Virus record (IMG/VR): IMGVR_UViG_3300027708_000061
Strand: one strand, 5' to 3'
Length of the DNA: 64,000 bases
DNA from: an uncultured virus (IMG/VR IMGVR_UViG_3300027708_000061)
Lineage: Duplodnaviria > Heunggongvirae > Uroviricota > Caudoviricetes
Shown here: positions 36,662 through 46,343 of the stretch, piece after piece
Position numbering within the stretch: the first letter of the stretch is position 1
Layout of the letters: each line of letters starts with the position of its first letter
Position numbers and translations under genes: made by a program
The notes under the pieces: model-generated
Database searches by the model: none
The model's input: the letters and a program-made list of their open reading frames with translations, nothing else
What the model was told of the DNA's origin: nothing

Positions 36662-36971
36662 CAACGAACAAGAGCACCCAGACATCGACATCGCCTACAT
36701 TATGGCTGATGAAGTGCTGGCGTGGAAACGACCAATCAACCTCGGGTTCAAGGCATCAACACAGATGTGGCGTACAGCCCTTATCAGCCTTTACTGGGAC
36801 GAACAGGATGGTTACAGTGCCATCGTCAAAAAGTTCTTTGAGGGCTGGTCAGAGGACGAGCAAGCAGAGTTTTTGCGATGGATAAGGGTGCAGGAAAACC
36901 TTGCAATACTTGATGACCTAACAGCATGGAAAGACACTAACAAATCCTTAGAGGAGGATGACAATGAGTAA
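36654..36971 (+). CDS. hypothetical protein
   Basis: AAGGAG RBS before MSNNEQ. Confidence 0.7.
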   Translation: MSNNEQEHPDIDIAYIMADEVLAWKRPINLGFKASTQMWRTALISLYWDEQDGYSAIVKKFFEGWSEDEQAEFLRWIRVQENLAILDDLTAWKDTNKSLEEDDNE

Positions 36972-37194
36972 GCAAGAACAAATCACATGGGACTGGTTCG
37001 TAGCACGCTACAAGAAACTAGGACACAAGTCACTAACCCAGTTCGCAATCGCAACTGGGATGCAGAAGTCAAGCCTTAGCAGGTACTTCCATCTGGAACG
37101 CCAACTGCCATCAGGCACGATGGCGGAACTGTGCAAGGCTCTAAAGGTGAGCCCTAACGAACTGATGACTGCCATCGGTGAGGAGTGGAAGTAA
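36964..37194 (+). CDS. XRE-family HTH protein
   Basis: SLTQFAIATGMQKSSLSRYF...LCKALKVSPNEL. Confidence 0.85.
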   Translation: MSKQEQITWDWFVARYKKLGHKSLTQFAIATGMQKSSLSRYFHLERQLPSGTMAELCKALKVSPNELMTAIGEEWK

Positions 37195-37403
37195 TGAGTT
37201 ATGACATCGGTGGAGGCTATGATGGCTGGCGAACAGCCACACCTTGGGATGACGAAGTTGCAATGACTGTCTCATTCGATTGTGGAGACTGTGAGCACTA
37301 CAACGATGGTGTAGATGCAGTTGGCACACGAGGTAGTGACGAAGTAATCGTGCACTGTGAAGAGTGCGATGCTGAAAACAATGTTGATGTAGGGAGAGAC
37401 TAA
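37194..37403 (+). CDS. acidic Zn-ribbon protein
   Basis: CGDC...CEEC. Confidence 0.7.
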   Translation: MSYDIGGGYDGWRTATPWDDEVAMTVSFDCGDCEHYNDGVDAVGTRGSDEVIVHCEECDAENNVDVGRD

Positions 37404-37633
37404 TGGAACTCAAATACGCAGTAGGTGACACAATCAGGAGATTACGAAACGAGCAGAACTTACCGCTCCGTAAGATGACTCCTTATGTCTCCATAGGACA
37501 TCTATCGGACATAGAACGAGGCAACAAAGAGCCGTCCAGTGCCATTCTGGAGGCTATTGCAGTGGGACTTGGTGTCTCCACTGCTGAACTATTCAGAGAA
37601 ATCGCAGAGTATTTGGAGGCAATAAATGAGTAG
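37403..37633 (+). CDS. XRE HTH regulator, ClgR/PopR-like
   Basis: GDTIRRLR...VSIGHLSDIERGNKEPSS. Confidence 0.8.
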   Translation: MELKYAVGDTIRRLRNEQNLPLRKMTPYVSIGHLSDIERGNKEPSSAILEAIAVGLGVSTAELFREIAEYLEAINE

Positions 37634-38021
37634 CGATTACAAACAAGGGCAAGTTCATGCTTTGAAAGAGGCAAACGAAGTGCTGAACGGACTGGTCAGT
37701 GATGAACTGACTAAGGACTACAACGGACAACAGACACTCAAAGCATTCTCCATGAGTCTCCGTTACATGCAGAACCATCTGCCTGTCAATCAAACAGGCA
37801 GTGATGTTCTTGTACGCCCATCCGAGTTCTCGGAGGAGCACCAAAGAGGTCAGGACAGTCAGTTAGATTGGGCTATCACTTTATTGGACACAGTTACAAG
37901 GCAAGAAGAGTTACAGCAGTTCGAGGGTCGATTGGCTCTGACTGTATTTGCATACAGCATCAAACATCAACTAGATGTACTTATGGAGGAACCAGATGCA
38001 GACATTCATAACAACAACTAA
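37626..38021 (+). CDS. hypothetical protein
   Basis: 131 aa with RBS. Confidence 0.7.
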   Translation: MSSDYKQGQVHALKEANEVLNGLVSDELTKDYNGQQTLKAFSMSLRYMQNHLPVNQTGSDVLVRPSEFSEEHQRGQDSQLDWAITLLDTVTRQEELQQFEGRLALTVFAYSIKHQLDVLMEEPDADIHNNN

Positions 38022-38490
38022 TGGCTGGGACGAAGTTGCCAAGACACTGGACAACAAGCGTCTCAACAAGCAGGCTCTGGAGGGTTGGCAGATTATGCTG
38101 ACCCTCTTAGAACTTGACCCTGATGGCAACCACCGCAAGCCAAAGGGCTGGGCTAATCACCCAGCAGTCAAGATGTGGGCTGGAGCAGAACACGAACTAC
38201 TTTGGTATGTGGTCTCAATGGTCATCGAATGGAAAAAGCGTGGCTACAACAGCACCATCTATGACAAGGTCATGAGTACCTACGCTAGGGGTGTAGCAAC
38301 TGGTAAAACGACCAGTAAAGCCCCTCAACCTAAGTGGATGCGAAATGATGCGAAGTTTGAGGCAATCGCCTCTAGCCATCGCACAGCACTTCTAGCCAAG
38401 AACTATGACTGGTACAGCCAGTTCGGTTGGGCAGAAGATACTGGCACAGCACCTGATGGTTACGCTTACATCTGGTTCACCAATGAGTAA
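37996..38490 (+). CDS. pyrimidine-dimer glycosylase-like protein (MSMEG_6728/DenV-like)
   Basis: MQTF...LDNKRLNKQALE...NHPAVKMW...SHRTALL. Confidence 0.8.
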   Translation: MQTFITTTNGWDEVAKTLDNKRLNKQALEGWQIMLTLLELDPDGNHRKPKGWANHPAVKMWAGAEHELLWYVVSMVIEWKKRGYNSTIYDKVMSTYARGVATGKTTSKAPQPKWMRNDAKFEAIASSHRTALLAKNYDWYSQFGWAEDTGTAPDGYAYIWFTNE

Positions 38491-38632
38491 ACAAAGTGCA
38501 AGACATCGTGCTCCATACCAACCGCTCCGTTATCCCATCAGGGCTTATGTAGCCCTATGGAAGAACAGATGGTATGGGTTCTGGAAACCACAACTACGAC
38601 AACTACTAAAAAGAAAAGGATTACTCCCATGA
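38483..38632 (+). CDS. small basic protein
   Basis: 49 aa bridging neighbours. Confidence 0.5.
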   Translation: MSKQSARHRAPYQPLRYPIRAYVALWKNRWYGFWKPQLRQLLKRKGLLP

Positions 38633-38928
38633 GTAAAGTCTTACCTTGTACTGACAAGACAGAAATGTTCTTCCCCGAGTTTGGGGAAGTTCAAGAAAAG
38701 ATTAGAGAGGCTAAGGCACTATGTGCTACCTGCCCTATGGTCTTGGCGTGCTTGAACCTTGCCCTCAAAGATAACCAGCAGTATGGCATCTGGGGTGGAG
38801 CAACAGTTCAGGAGCGTAAGCGAATGAGAAACCATCCATCACAAAAGATAGACCACCTAAAGAGTCTGAAAAGACTAGGAAGGAGCATAGAGGTTGCTAT
38901 TAGTCAAACTAAAAAGCCTGTTCAGTAG
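38629..38928 (+). CDS. whiB: WhiB-family transcription factor
   Basis: Four Cys, FFP, GIWGG. Confidence 0.92.
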   Translation: MSKVLPCTDKTEMFFPEFGEVQEKIREAKALCATCPMVLACLNLALKDNQQYGIWGGATVQERKRMRNHPSQKIDHLKSLKRLGRSIEVAISQTKKPVQ

Positions 38929-39020
38929 GCGTACCAAGCGTAAGCAAATCGTAGAACTCTCTTTGGAGCAAATCCTAAAAGAGCGGTCAAAGCGTAGGCA
39001 CCCAGCGTTCAGGAACCGCA

Positions 39021-40133
39021 ATGGCATACACGATTAGTCGTGGCGAACGCCACACAGGTTACTATCGTGACAAGTCAGGCACCCGATGCTCGGCTGGTAC
39101 ATTCTCCAGTCGGGAAGAGGCACTGGAGCAAGCCCAAATAGCCGAGAAACTGGGCATACAGGGCTCGTACAGGGTAAACATGACCTTGGAGCAATACATC
39201 AAGGCTTGGCTCCCTAAAGCCGACCTCCTGCCGATTACCAAGAAGAACTACACCTCGGTACTTGTCACCCATGTTCTACCTGTGCTGGGTAAGCGTAAGG
39301 TCAATAGCATCAAGCGTGTAACTGTGCGTGAAATGCTGGAGACTCTCCGTCAAGATGGCATCGGTAGTGCAACTCGCATTCAAGCCAAGTCAGCATTAGG
39401 CTCCGCACTGCAAGACCTTGTGGAGGCTGACCAACTAGATGCGAACCCAACTCACAAAATCAAAATCAAACAACTCGACAGCAATGAACTCCGTAATGTA
39501 CTGGAGCCTGACGAGTTCAAAGACATCCTTAGCCACCTCCCTAGTGACTCCAGTAAGTTGTTTGCCACATTCTTGGCACTTACTGGTTGTCGTTATGGAG
39601 AGGCTACGGAGGTAAGAGTAAAAGACCTCAATGAGAAATCAAACGAGGTCTATGTCCAGCGTAGGGTCTCTGACCTCGGGGCTAAAGCCAACAATGGGGA
39701 TAGGTTCAGGGTTATTCCAGCAACTAAATCTGGGCATCGCAGGCTAGTAGTAGTCAGTGCGGAGTTCATGAAAGAGTTGCTGACTCATGCACAAGTTCAT
39801 GGTCTGGAGCGTAAGGACTTACTTTTTAGTAAAAGCCTTATAGCAAGCACTGTGGATGTGGAGAAGACCTCCGCAAACACTAGCAACCATCTCCCTAGGG
39901 ACACATGGAGGCGTATGTGGAGGTCAGCAATAGACAAGTCCTCCATAAACTGGTTCCCAAGAACTCACGACTTACGACATGCCAATGCAACTTTGCTCCT
40001 CAAAGGAGGCATAGATGTGCATGAAGTCAAAGAACGCCTTGGGCATCAAAGCATAAGCACTACTGAACGCTATTTGCATCGTCTACGACACCAGACCTCA
40101 AAGGCATCAGAAGTAGCCAATGAGTTCCTATAA
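39021..40133 (+). CDS. tyrosine recombinase/integrase
   Basis: TGCRYGE, K, HDLRH, LGH, RY catalytic residues. Confidence 0.92.
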   Translation: MAYTISRGERHTGYYRDKSGTRCSAGTFSSREEALEQAQIAEKLGIQGSYRVNMTLEQYIKAWLPKADLLPITKKNYTSVLVTHVLPVLGKRKVNSIKRVTVREMLETLRQDGIGSATRIQAKSALGSALQDLVEADQLDANPTHKIKIKQLDSNELRNVLEPDEFKDILSHLPSDSSKLFATFLALTGCRYGEATEVRVKDLNEKSNEVYVQRRVSDLGAKANNGDRFRVIPATKSGHRRLVVVSAEFMKELLTHAQVHGLERKDLLFSKSLIASTVDVEKTSANTSNHLPRDTWRRMWRSAIDKSSINWFPRTHDLRHANATLLLKGGIDVHEVKERLGHQSISTTERYLHRLRHQTSKASEVANEFL

Positions 40134-40134
40134 G

Positions 40135-40173
40135 AAAAGAGCCCCATGACCTGTTGGTCATGGGGCTTTTTTT
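40135..40173. terminator. bidirectional intrinsic terminator
   Basis: AAAAGAGCCCCATGACC-TGTT-GGTCATGGGGCTTTTTTT between convergent genes. Confidence 0.9.
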
Positions 40174-40184
40174 ATACCCAAAAG

Positions 40185-42221
40185 TTACTGGTTGTCCTTT
40201 ATGAGTTTGATTTCACAAGCATCGGTGGTGCAGTAAGCCTCACCAATAGCCTCCACACCAAGACCTCCATAGACTCCAGCAAAGTCAATCGGAAAGAGTT
40301 TCATAGCATAAGCCTCGTACTCGTCTTCCGTAATCTGCGTGTAAGGCATCTGCGGATAAGTCATGTTACCCATAGGCAAGAACGAAACAGTCTTCATTTG
40401 ACCATCGTACATGTGGAGCACAGTACCGATTTGGTCTGACTCTGTCTCCACATCGAAAGTAACAGTCACGCTTACGGAGTTATCGCTCCAGTAGCGTTGT
40501 GCTGTGGAGGCTAAAGCCATCTTTTCAAAGACTGAGACCTCCTTCTCGGAGCGTTTAGCATCAGTTTTGATAGGAAAGAATACCACTGAGGTAGTGGCTG
40601 GACTCTCGGATGCAGGCTCCACAGTGTAGTTAGCCATCTTGAACAACGGGAGCATAGGGTCGTTGTTAGCAAAGCGTATTGCACGATTGAAGAACTTACC
40701 TCCAGAAGTCCAATGAACTCCTGGACTTTCACCAGCCAAGATAGAGACAGTTCCAGAAGGCTTCACAGTAGTCATCTTGATGCTCTCACGAATACCAAGC
40801 CATTCACTGTAAGTCTGGTCGTAGCCCTTGACAGTTGCATAGCCCTCGTCCATCCACTGACGAAGCACATGATGCCCCTTGTTGTCAGCAAAGTTTGCCA
40901 CGCCACTTATGGAGGTTCCAATACGCCTGTTGCGTTGCATGATGGCGTTGGTCTCTTCCCAGTGTGTAGGAAGCAAAGTCACAGTCTTGGCGTAAAGATA
41001 AGCAAACTTCAAAGTTCTCTTGAAGTCTTCTAAAGAGTCATGTCTGTTCAAGTAAGTCTCGACAAGAGTACACATTTCGAAAGACTCCAAAGACTGTTCA
41101 GCACAAGGGTTATAGCCCATGACTCGCCAGTCCTTGTTGTTTGGAGCATCCACAAGCCTTCCATAAGCCTTAGATGTGTCCATCCAGATAACTCCAGGTT
41201 CTCCATTACGCACAATACCCTCCACTATGGAGTCAAAGTTTGTTCCTACGGAGACTTCTACGGAGTTGTTACTCATCCAAGCCCATCCTGGGGCTTCAGG
41301 GTCATAAGAGTTACGCTCTGGGAAGCGTTCAGCGTTCTTCAAGTTCAAGAAGTCCTCATCGTCAATGCGACCAATGAGCAGTTCAGCAGAACGCCTCACA
41401 TTTCCAGAGACTACACAGACACCAATCATGTTTCCAATGTCAGCAATGTCTTTGCGAGAAAGCCTTTCACCTTTGCGTCCAGCAAACATCTTTGCGATTT
41501 GCTCGTGGAGTTTCAAAAGAGGCTCGTGTCCCGCAGCCGTTCCACCAAAGGTAGCAATAGGTGCTCCATAAGGACGGATTTCATCGTAGTTGAAACTCCA
41601 TAGAGGCTGGTCTGGCTTCAAGAAAGAGTTGATGAGAGCCGTAGTGCTCTCTGCCCAACCTTCACGAGTGTCAGGGATGAGGTACTCCTGTGGAGATGAT
41701 GGAGCATAGATTTCAAAGCCCTTGTCAGCACCCTTGTCATCAAAGCCCACACCTACGCCCAGCATAGAAGCCTCCATAAGGAAAGCAAAAGGCTTGGCTG
41801 GGTTGTTCTTAGTCATTTCCAGAGTGGATACGAAAGCACAGTTTTGCAAAGCCGCTGAGTTTCGTTGCTTGTTTACGATTTCCGTGCCCATGACCCAAAG
41901 CCCACGACCTGGAGGTGTCCACTTCAAGTTGAATAAGCGGTCGTAAGCCTCCTTAGCACTGGCAGCCGCCTTAGCATCGCTCCATGGAAGCCTAGAAGAC
42001 TTAGCCCAGTCCTTCTGGAGGGAATACATCCCGTTGATTACACGCTCACAGACTTCAGCCCAAGTTTCCTTAGAGCCATCTGGCTTTTTGCGAGAGTAAG
42101 TGCGAAGAAAGGTGATTTCACCTACGGAGTTGCCAGCAACATCCTTATAGCCAAAAGGTGGCTTCTTGTCCTTATAGGTTGTTACAAAGTCTTCTGCGAG
42201 ACGGAATGAGAACATAGTCAT
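40185..42221 (-). CDS. nrdJ: class II (B12-dependent) ribonucleotide reductase
   Basis: PPGRGLW, NCAF, NPCAE, TTVKPSGT, C-terminal CxxxxC. Confidence 0.93.
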   Translation of the reverse strand: MTMFSFRLAEDFVTTYKDKKPPFGYKDVAGNSVGEITFLRTYSRKKPDGSKETWAEVCERVINGMYSLQKDWAKSSRLPWSDAKAAASAKEAYDRLFNLKWTPPGRGLWVMGTEIVNKQRNSAALQNCAFVSTLEMTKNNPAKPFAFLMEASMLGVGVGFDDKGADKGFEIYAPSSPQEYLIPDTREGWAESTTALINSFLKPDQPLWSFNYDEIRPYGAPIATFGGTAAGHEPLLKLHEQIAKMFAGRKGERLSRKDIADIGNMIGVCVVSGNVRRSAELLIGRIDDEDFLNLKNAERFPERNSYDPEAPGWAWMSNNSVEVSVGTNFDSIVEGIVRNGEPGVIWMDTSKAYGRLVDAPNNKDWRVMGYNPCAEQSLESFEMCTLVETYLNRHDSLEDFKRTLKFAYLYAKTVTLLPTHWEETNAIMQRNRRIGTSISGVANFADNKGHHVLRQWMDEGYATVKGYDQTYSEWLGIRESIKMTTVKPSGTVSILAGESPGVHWTSGGKFFNRAIRFANNDPMLPLFKMANYTVEPASESPATTSVVFFPIKTDAKRSEKEVSVFEKMALASTAQRYWSDNSVSVTVTFDVETESDQIGTVLHMYDGQMKTVSFLPMGNMTYPQMPYTQITEDEYEAYAMKLFPIDFAGVYGGLGVEAIGEAYCTTDACEIKLIKDNQ

Positions 42222-42317
42222 AGACCACCATTTCTTGTTTTAGATAAATACTCCACGATTGTGGGAGTTCTATTGTCGGTGGTAGAAGCCTACAACCCTT
42301 CTGCTAACTTCACAAAT

Positions 42318-42677
42318 CTAGGAAGATTTTTCAGGGATAAACATACCAGTACCAGAGTTATGGAGATACTCCGCAAGTTTAGTAATCCTAACTGGGTCAT
42401 CATGAAGCCAACCTAAAGCCGTATTACAACCAGCACAAAGCAACCCTCGTATCTCATTAGTTTCATGGTTGTGGTCAATGTGTAGCGTATGTTCAGCACC
42501 AGTAGCATCATCTCCACAAGAAGCACACTTAGAGCCTTGTTTCTCCACAAGAGAAAGATAGTCTTCTTTGCTTATTCCATAAAGATACTTTTTTAGAGAA
42601 TACGACTGTTGAAGTGCTTTTTCACTGGTCTCATTTTCGATGTAAATGACATCATTTTTGTCTGGACCTAGTTTCAT
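42318..42677 (-). CDS. endonuclease VII family protein
   Basis: CASC...IDHNH...RGLLCAGCN. Confidence 0.88.
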   Translation of the reverse strand: MKLGPDKNDVIYIENETSEKALQQSYSLKKYLYGISKEDYLSLVEKQGSKCASCGDDATGAEHTLHIDHNHETNEIRGLLCAGCNTALGWLHDDPVRITKLAEYLHNSGTGMFIPEKSS

Positions 42678-42713
42678 GTATTGTTCCTAAGTACTATCGG
42701 CTAGTAAGAAAGC

Positions 42714-44186
42714 CTAGTTTTCCAGTGAGTTACGGATAATCTTTGTGGTTTCTTCTTCATTTAGAGGCTGGTTCATCTCTCGTAAAGCCTGTGCTCTATC
42801 ACCAAAGATTGCACTCAAAACACCACCACTAGATTGCCTCTCCGCAGTGATGCGAATGAACTCTTTGTTTTCATCAAGTTCCTTCATAGACTTTACAAGT
42901 TTGAATAGGCGGTCTACTTCTTGAGACACATTTGGGTCTGCATAGCCACCATTCATTTCCTCTGCAAACCGCATGAATGCTACTCTCTGACCCTGCATCT
43001 CGATGATTGTAGTGAGCAAAGACTTGAGTTGGTCTTTAGTCTTTACCTCCACAGGCAAGTTGAAAGCACAGGTATTATCGGGCTTGAAAGCAGGGCAGTT
43101 CGCTGCGACAAAGCAGGTGTTGCAGTTGCGTAAAGAGGCACTTTGAGAATGCACAACAGGCACATCTTTGAGCACATCATGACCATTTTCAGTCTCCACA
43201 ATGGTCTTCATTTGGTAGCCAAAAACAGGCAATGGAGAGATGTCTTTAGGGTCTCTTTGGACAAGTTCTGTATGTTCTTGTTTGAGAGTCTCAGAACCAC
43301 TGTTATTAGAAGCACCTACCCCTGTTTGCATCAAACCTGTGTATAGGGGGTCGTCATTACTATCGGCTAACTGGGACATGTGATTGCCTTTCTTCATGCT
43401 GGCTTCGAGTTGTAAGTAAGACCAGACTGCCACTTTGGTTGCTTCTAAAGTGTCGTCATCCACAAACTTCTGAAAGTCAAAGCCTTCTTTTTCTAACAAA
43501 GCCTTGTAGCGTGGACGAGCCTGTGCCTTCATGTTTTTTGGATAACGAACAAGTTTCTGACCATCCCAAATGATGGTCTCACCACGCCTCATAGGGCTTA
43601 TCCAAGACAGTGTGGAGGTTGTGGAGAAAGGTATTTGACGAAGGTTGTCTGGCTTTGCCGTTGCAAGAGCATGGAAGTCTACATTGAGACGGCTCTTCAA
43701 GCCTCGAACAATGCCTGATAGCGAGGTCATAGACTCAATAGTCTCGTAAGGGATTGCAATGTTTGGGAACTCCGTAGCCCAGTTTTGAAGTTTAGGGGTT
43801 CCGTATTTTTCTCTCCATACAACCCATCGCTTAGGGTCCGCCCCTTGGGTGTAGCGTTGTTGTTCTACCCATTCAAGCCCTAAGACTTGACTGTCAAACT
43901 CAACCCAGCCTGAAATACGCTCATAGTTGTAGGAGATAAACTCTTCATAATCCGCTGCGTATTCAAGCAGTTCTTCTTTAGACAAGTTGGCTTCGTCCGC
44001 AGAAGAGGCTCCAGAGTCTATCCATACCTTCATGTTTGGATAGAAATGTTCGCCTACTAGATAAGCCTTAGTCTTAGGAAGTCCCCGCTTACGGAGCCCC
44101 CAGTAGTTGAGCATTACATGCTGAACTCCACACTTCTCCAGAAGAATTCTATTGGAGGGAATCTCCACACCATTGAAAATAATCAT
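42714..44186 (-). CDS. TGT-like barrel protein fused to Cys-rich C-terminal domain
   Basis: WIDSGA, FHAL, STLSW motifs; CxxCxxxxxC. Confidence 0.5.
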   Translation of the reverse strand: MIIFNGVEIPSNRILLEKCGVQHVMLNYWGLRKRGLPKTKAYLVGEHFYPNMKVWIDSGASSADEANLSKEELLEYAADYEEFISYNYERISGWVEFDSQVLGLEWVEQQRYTQGADPKRWVVWREKYGTPKLQNWATEFPNIAIPYETIESMTSLSGIVRGLKSRLNVDFHALATAKPDNLRQIPFSTTSTLSWISPMRRGETIIWDGQKLVRYPKNMKAQARPRYKALLEKEGFDFQKFVDDDTLEATKVAVWSYLQLEASMKKGNHMSQLADSNDDPLYTGLMQTGVGASNNSGSETLKQEHTELVQRDPKDISPLPVFGYQMKTIVETENGHDVLKDVPVVHSQSASLRNCNTCFVAANCPAFKPDNTCAFNLPVEVKTKDQLKSLLTTIIEMQGQRVAFMRFAEEMNGGYADPNVSQEVDRLFKLVKSMKELDENKEFIRITAERQSSGGVLSAIFGDRAQALREMNQPLNEEETTKIIRNSLEN

Positions 44187-44668
44187 TCAAAACTCACATC
44201 GGTGCTGCGAGTAAGACGCAAGTCTTTGACCCTAGCCTCGTTCTGTCGGTCAATAGCCTCTTGGATAGAGTCCCAAGAACGAACCTTTTTAGGTGCATCT
44301 GGACGGAACTCAGGGCGGATGTAAGAAGGTACTCCAAACATTATGGAGGTAATACCTAAGTCAAAAGCGTAAGCCCACAACTTAGGATTACTGGTAATAA
44401 ACAAGTCAATAGCACCTCTGCTTCGAGCAAAGTTGATTTGTCGCTCCGCAAGGTCTTCGCCCTCCAAAGCAACAGAGGAGTCTATGATGTTGTCCACATC
44501 TACAACCTTATTGACATTTAACCAGCGAAGGGTGTCTTCTTCGGTGCTGGTTGACATGATAGTCATTCGGTTATAGGCAGTAAGCATGGAGTATGTAAGC
44601 ACTCCTGTGGAGATAATGCCATCGTCTTTGTTTCTTAGTACGCCATCTAGTTCTACGAGTATTTGCAT
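44183..44668 (-). CDS. HAD-superfamily-like protein
   Basis: ILVELDGVL (motif I with E for first D). Confidence 0.6.
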   Translation of the reverse strand: MQILVELDGVLRNKDDGIISTGVLTYSMLTAYNRMTIMSTSTEEDTLRWLNVNKVVDVDNIIDSSVALEGEDLAERQINFARSRGAIDLFITSNPKLWAYAFDLGITSIMFGVPSYIRPEFRPDAPKKVRSWDSIQEAIDRQNEARVKDLRLTRSTDVSFE

Positions 44669-44673
44669 TTAGA

Positions 44674-45429
44674 CTAGTTTTTCTTTTTTTCGTATCTAGC
44701 GGCTTCGGGTAGGCTGTCCACATCTTGTGTAGCAGTGATAGGAGTTGAAGCGTCATTAGTAAACCTCTTTGCTTCGCCTTTTTCATAAACCCCAGGAGCA
44801 ACAAGTACTCGTACTCGATGGCTTCCAATGGAGGTAGTGTCATGGAATACCCTTACTCCAGCCGCTGCGGCATGCTCCAGAATTGTTTGTGGGTCGTTCT
44901 TGTCGATTAAGTCTGAAAGCCTATTGACTTCTGCTTGGTGGTTACCTGCATGAACTCTAAGGAAGTGGTTACCTAAATCAGAGTAGGTTGGAATGTTATT
45001 CTTGTAGGTAATTTCATTTTGGGCTAACTTTGCGTAATGACCTGTTGAAGCCTTGGTTGCCACATAATCCGAATCAATTAGGTGCTGTTTTAATTTTTGG
45101 TTTAGACGTGAGTTAGGGGTTCTATCAGACCACTGGTATACCTCATCTCCTACTTTGCTTTGGTCTATAGTCACTGGGACTACTCCACCCATTTCTAGGG
45201 GCTCGTTCAATTTCTCTTGTCGGTCTTTCACAGGTAACCCTGATGCTCTGTCTTTGGCTTGTGCCATTAGCATCCTGAACTGCTCACGCATGGCTGCACC
45301 AGTACTTCTAAAGCGTTGTAGGCTAGTGTCTTGGGCTGCACGAATAAACCCGTTAGTTTTTGTTGGGAGACCTGATGGAGATACAGGCACGTCTATTGGC
45401 TTACTAAGGTCAAGTTTTTTCTTAGCCAT
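44674..45429 (-). CDS. hypothetical protein
   Basis: 251 aa, coupled. Confidence 0.7.
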   Translation of the reverse strand: MAKKKLDLSKPIDVPVSPSGLPTKTNGFIRAAQDTSLQRFRSTGAAMREQFRMLMAQAKDRASGLPVKDRQEKLNEPLEMGGVVPVTIDQSKVGDEVYQWSDRTPNSRLNQKLKQHLIDSDYVATKASTGHYAKLAQNEITYKNNIPTYSDLGNHFLRVHAGNHQAEVNRLSDLIDKNDPQTILEHAAAAGVRVFHDTTSIGSHRVRVLVAPGVYEKGEAKRFTNDASTPITATQDVDSLPEAARYEKKKN

Positions 45430-46334
45430 TATTGCTCATTTCTTTGTAGGGCGGCTCTTCTGATAAGCGTAGCCGAATCTGGAAATTCCACTCCATAAGT
45501 GGAACTATTTTTTTCTTGTAGCATGCCCTTCATGTTTTCCCTAATTGTTCGCAAGGCTTGGATTGCTCCAGTGCTTTTGCCTGCTTGCCAACGATAGTTA
45601 TGGAAGTCGTTATAGCCTTCTCCATTAGCACTAAAGGCTAGTGCTCTGTTGTCATGGATTTCATTGAATAGGGCATTGCCCTGTGCTCCTGCTGACCAAA
45701 GGCGGGTCTCAGCATTGCGTCTAGCGGCTGGATTGGTAGCCACAGTTAAGTCATTCTTGGCGGTAGTAAACCTAGTCACGACTTGGTTAGTCATCATGGC
45801 ATCTCCATGAGCCACACTCTGCCATTCTGGCTTAGAGGGGGCTTTAGAGTTTTCGCTAGGAGTTACAGTCCACTCATCGTATTTGAGGTCGTACGCAGCG
45901 TACGGCTTTATGGAGCGGATGTCCGTAGCGGTTGGGTTTACATAAAAAGTAAGTTCGTAGCCATTCCAGTTTTCGGTATCTGGCTGTAATTCAGATTTAA
46001 ACTCTTCGTTTAGTTGGGCGGCAATCTCTTTGTCACTAAGACCAGTGAAGGCAGGATTAGCCTTGCGGAACTGTACAAAGTTCACGCCTACTAGGCAGTC
46101 TAGGTCAGCAGGCTGACGAGAGGCTGACCATTGATAAGAAACCCCTGACCCTGCAAGCCAAGGGTGCGTCCATAATTCGGCATGATGATACTTTTGACTC
46201 AAAAAGTCATTAAGTAAAGACATTACGCCTTGACGCACCCAGGACTGCAAGTGACGCCCTTGGAAGAGCGTCGGGTCAAGGGTTGCTGACGGTGTGCTGA
46301 AGTACGATGTCTCATACGCACCTAAACCAGTCAT
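45429..46334 (-). CDS. Pol-beta-type nucleotidyltransferase
   Basis: LAGS...ADLDCLV; leaderless after TAAACT. Confidence 0.75.
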   Translation of the reverse strand: MTGLGAYETSYFSTPSATLDPTLFQGRHLQSWVRQGVMSLLNDFLSQKYHHAELWTHPWLAGSGVSYQWSASRQPADLDCLVGVNFVQFRKANPAFTGLSDKEIAAQLNEEFKSELQPDTENWNGYELTFYVNPTATDIRSIKPYAAYDLKYDEWTVTPSENSKAPSKPEWQSVAHGDAMMTNQVVTRFTTAKNDLTVATNPAARRNAETRLWSAGAQGNALFNEIHDNRALAFSANGEGYNDFHNYRWQAGKSTGAIQALRTIRENMKGMLQEKNSSTYGVEFPDSATLIRRAALQRNEQ

Positions 46335-46343
46335 ACGACTAGT

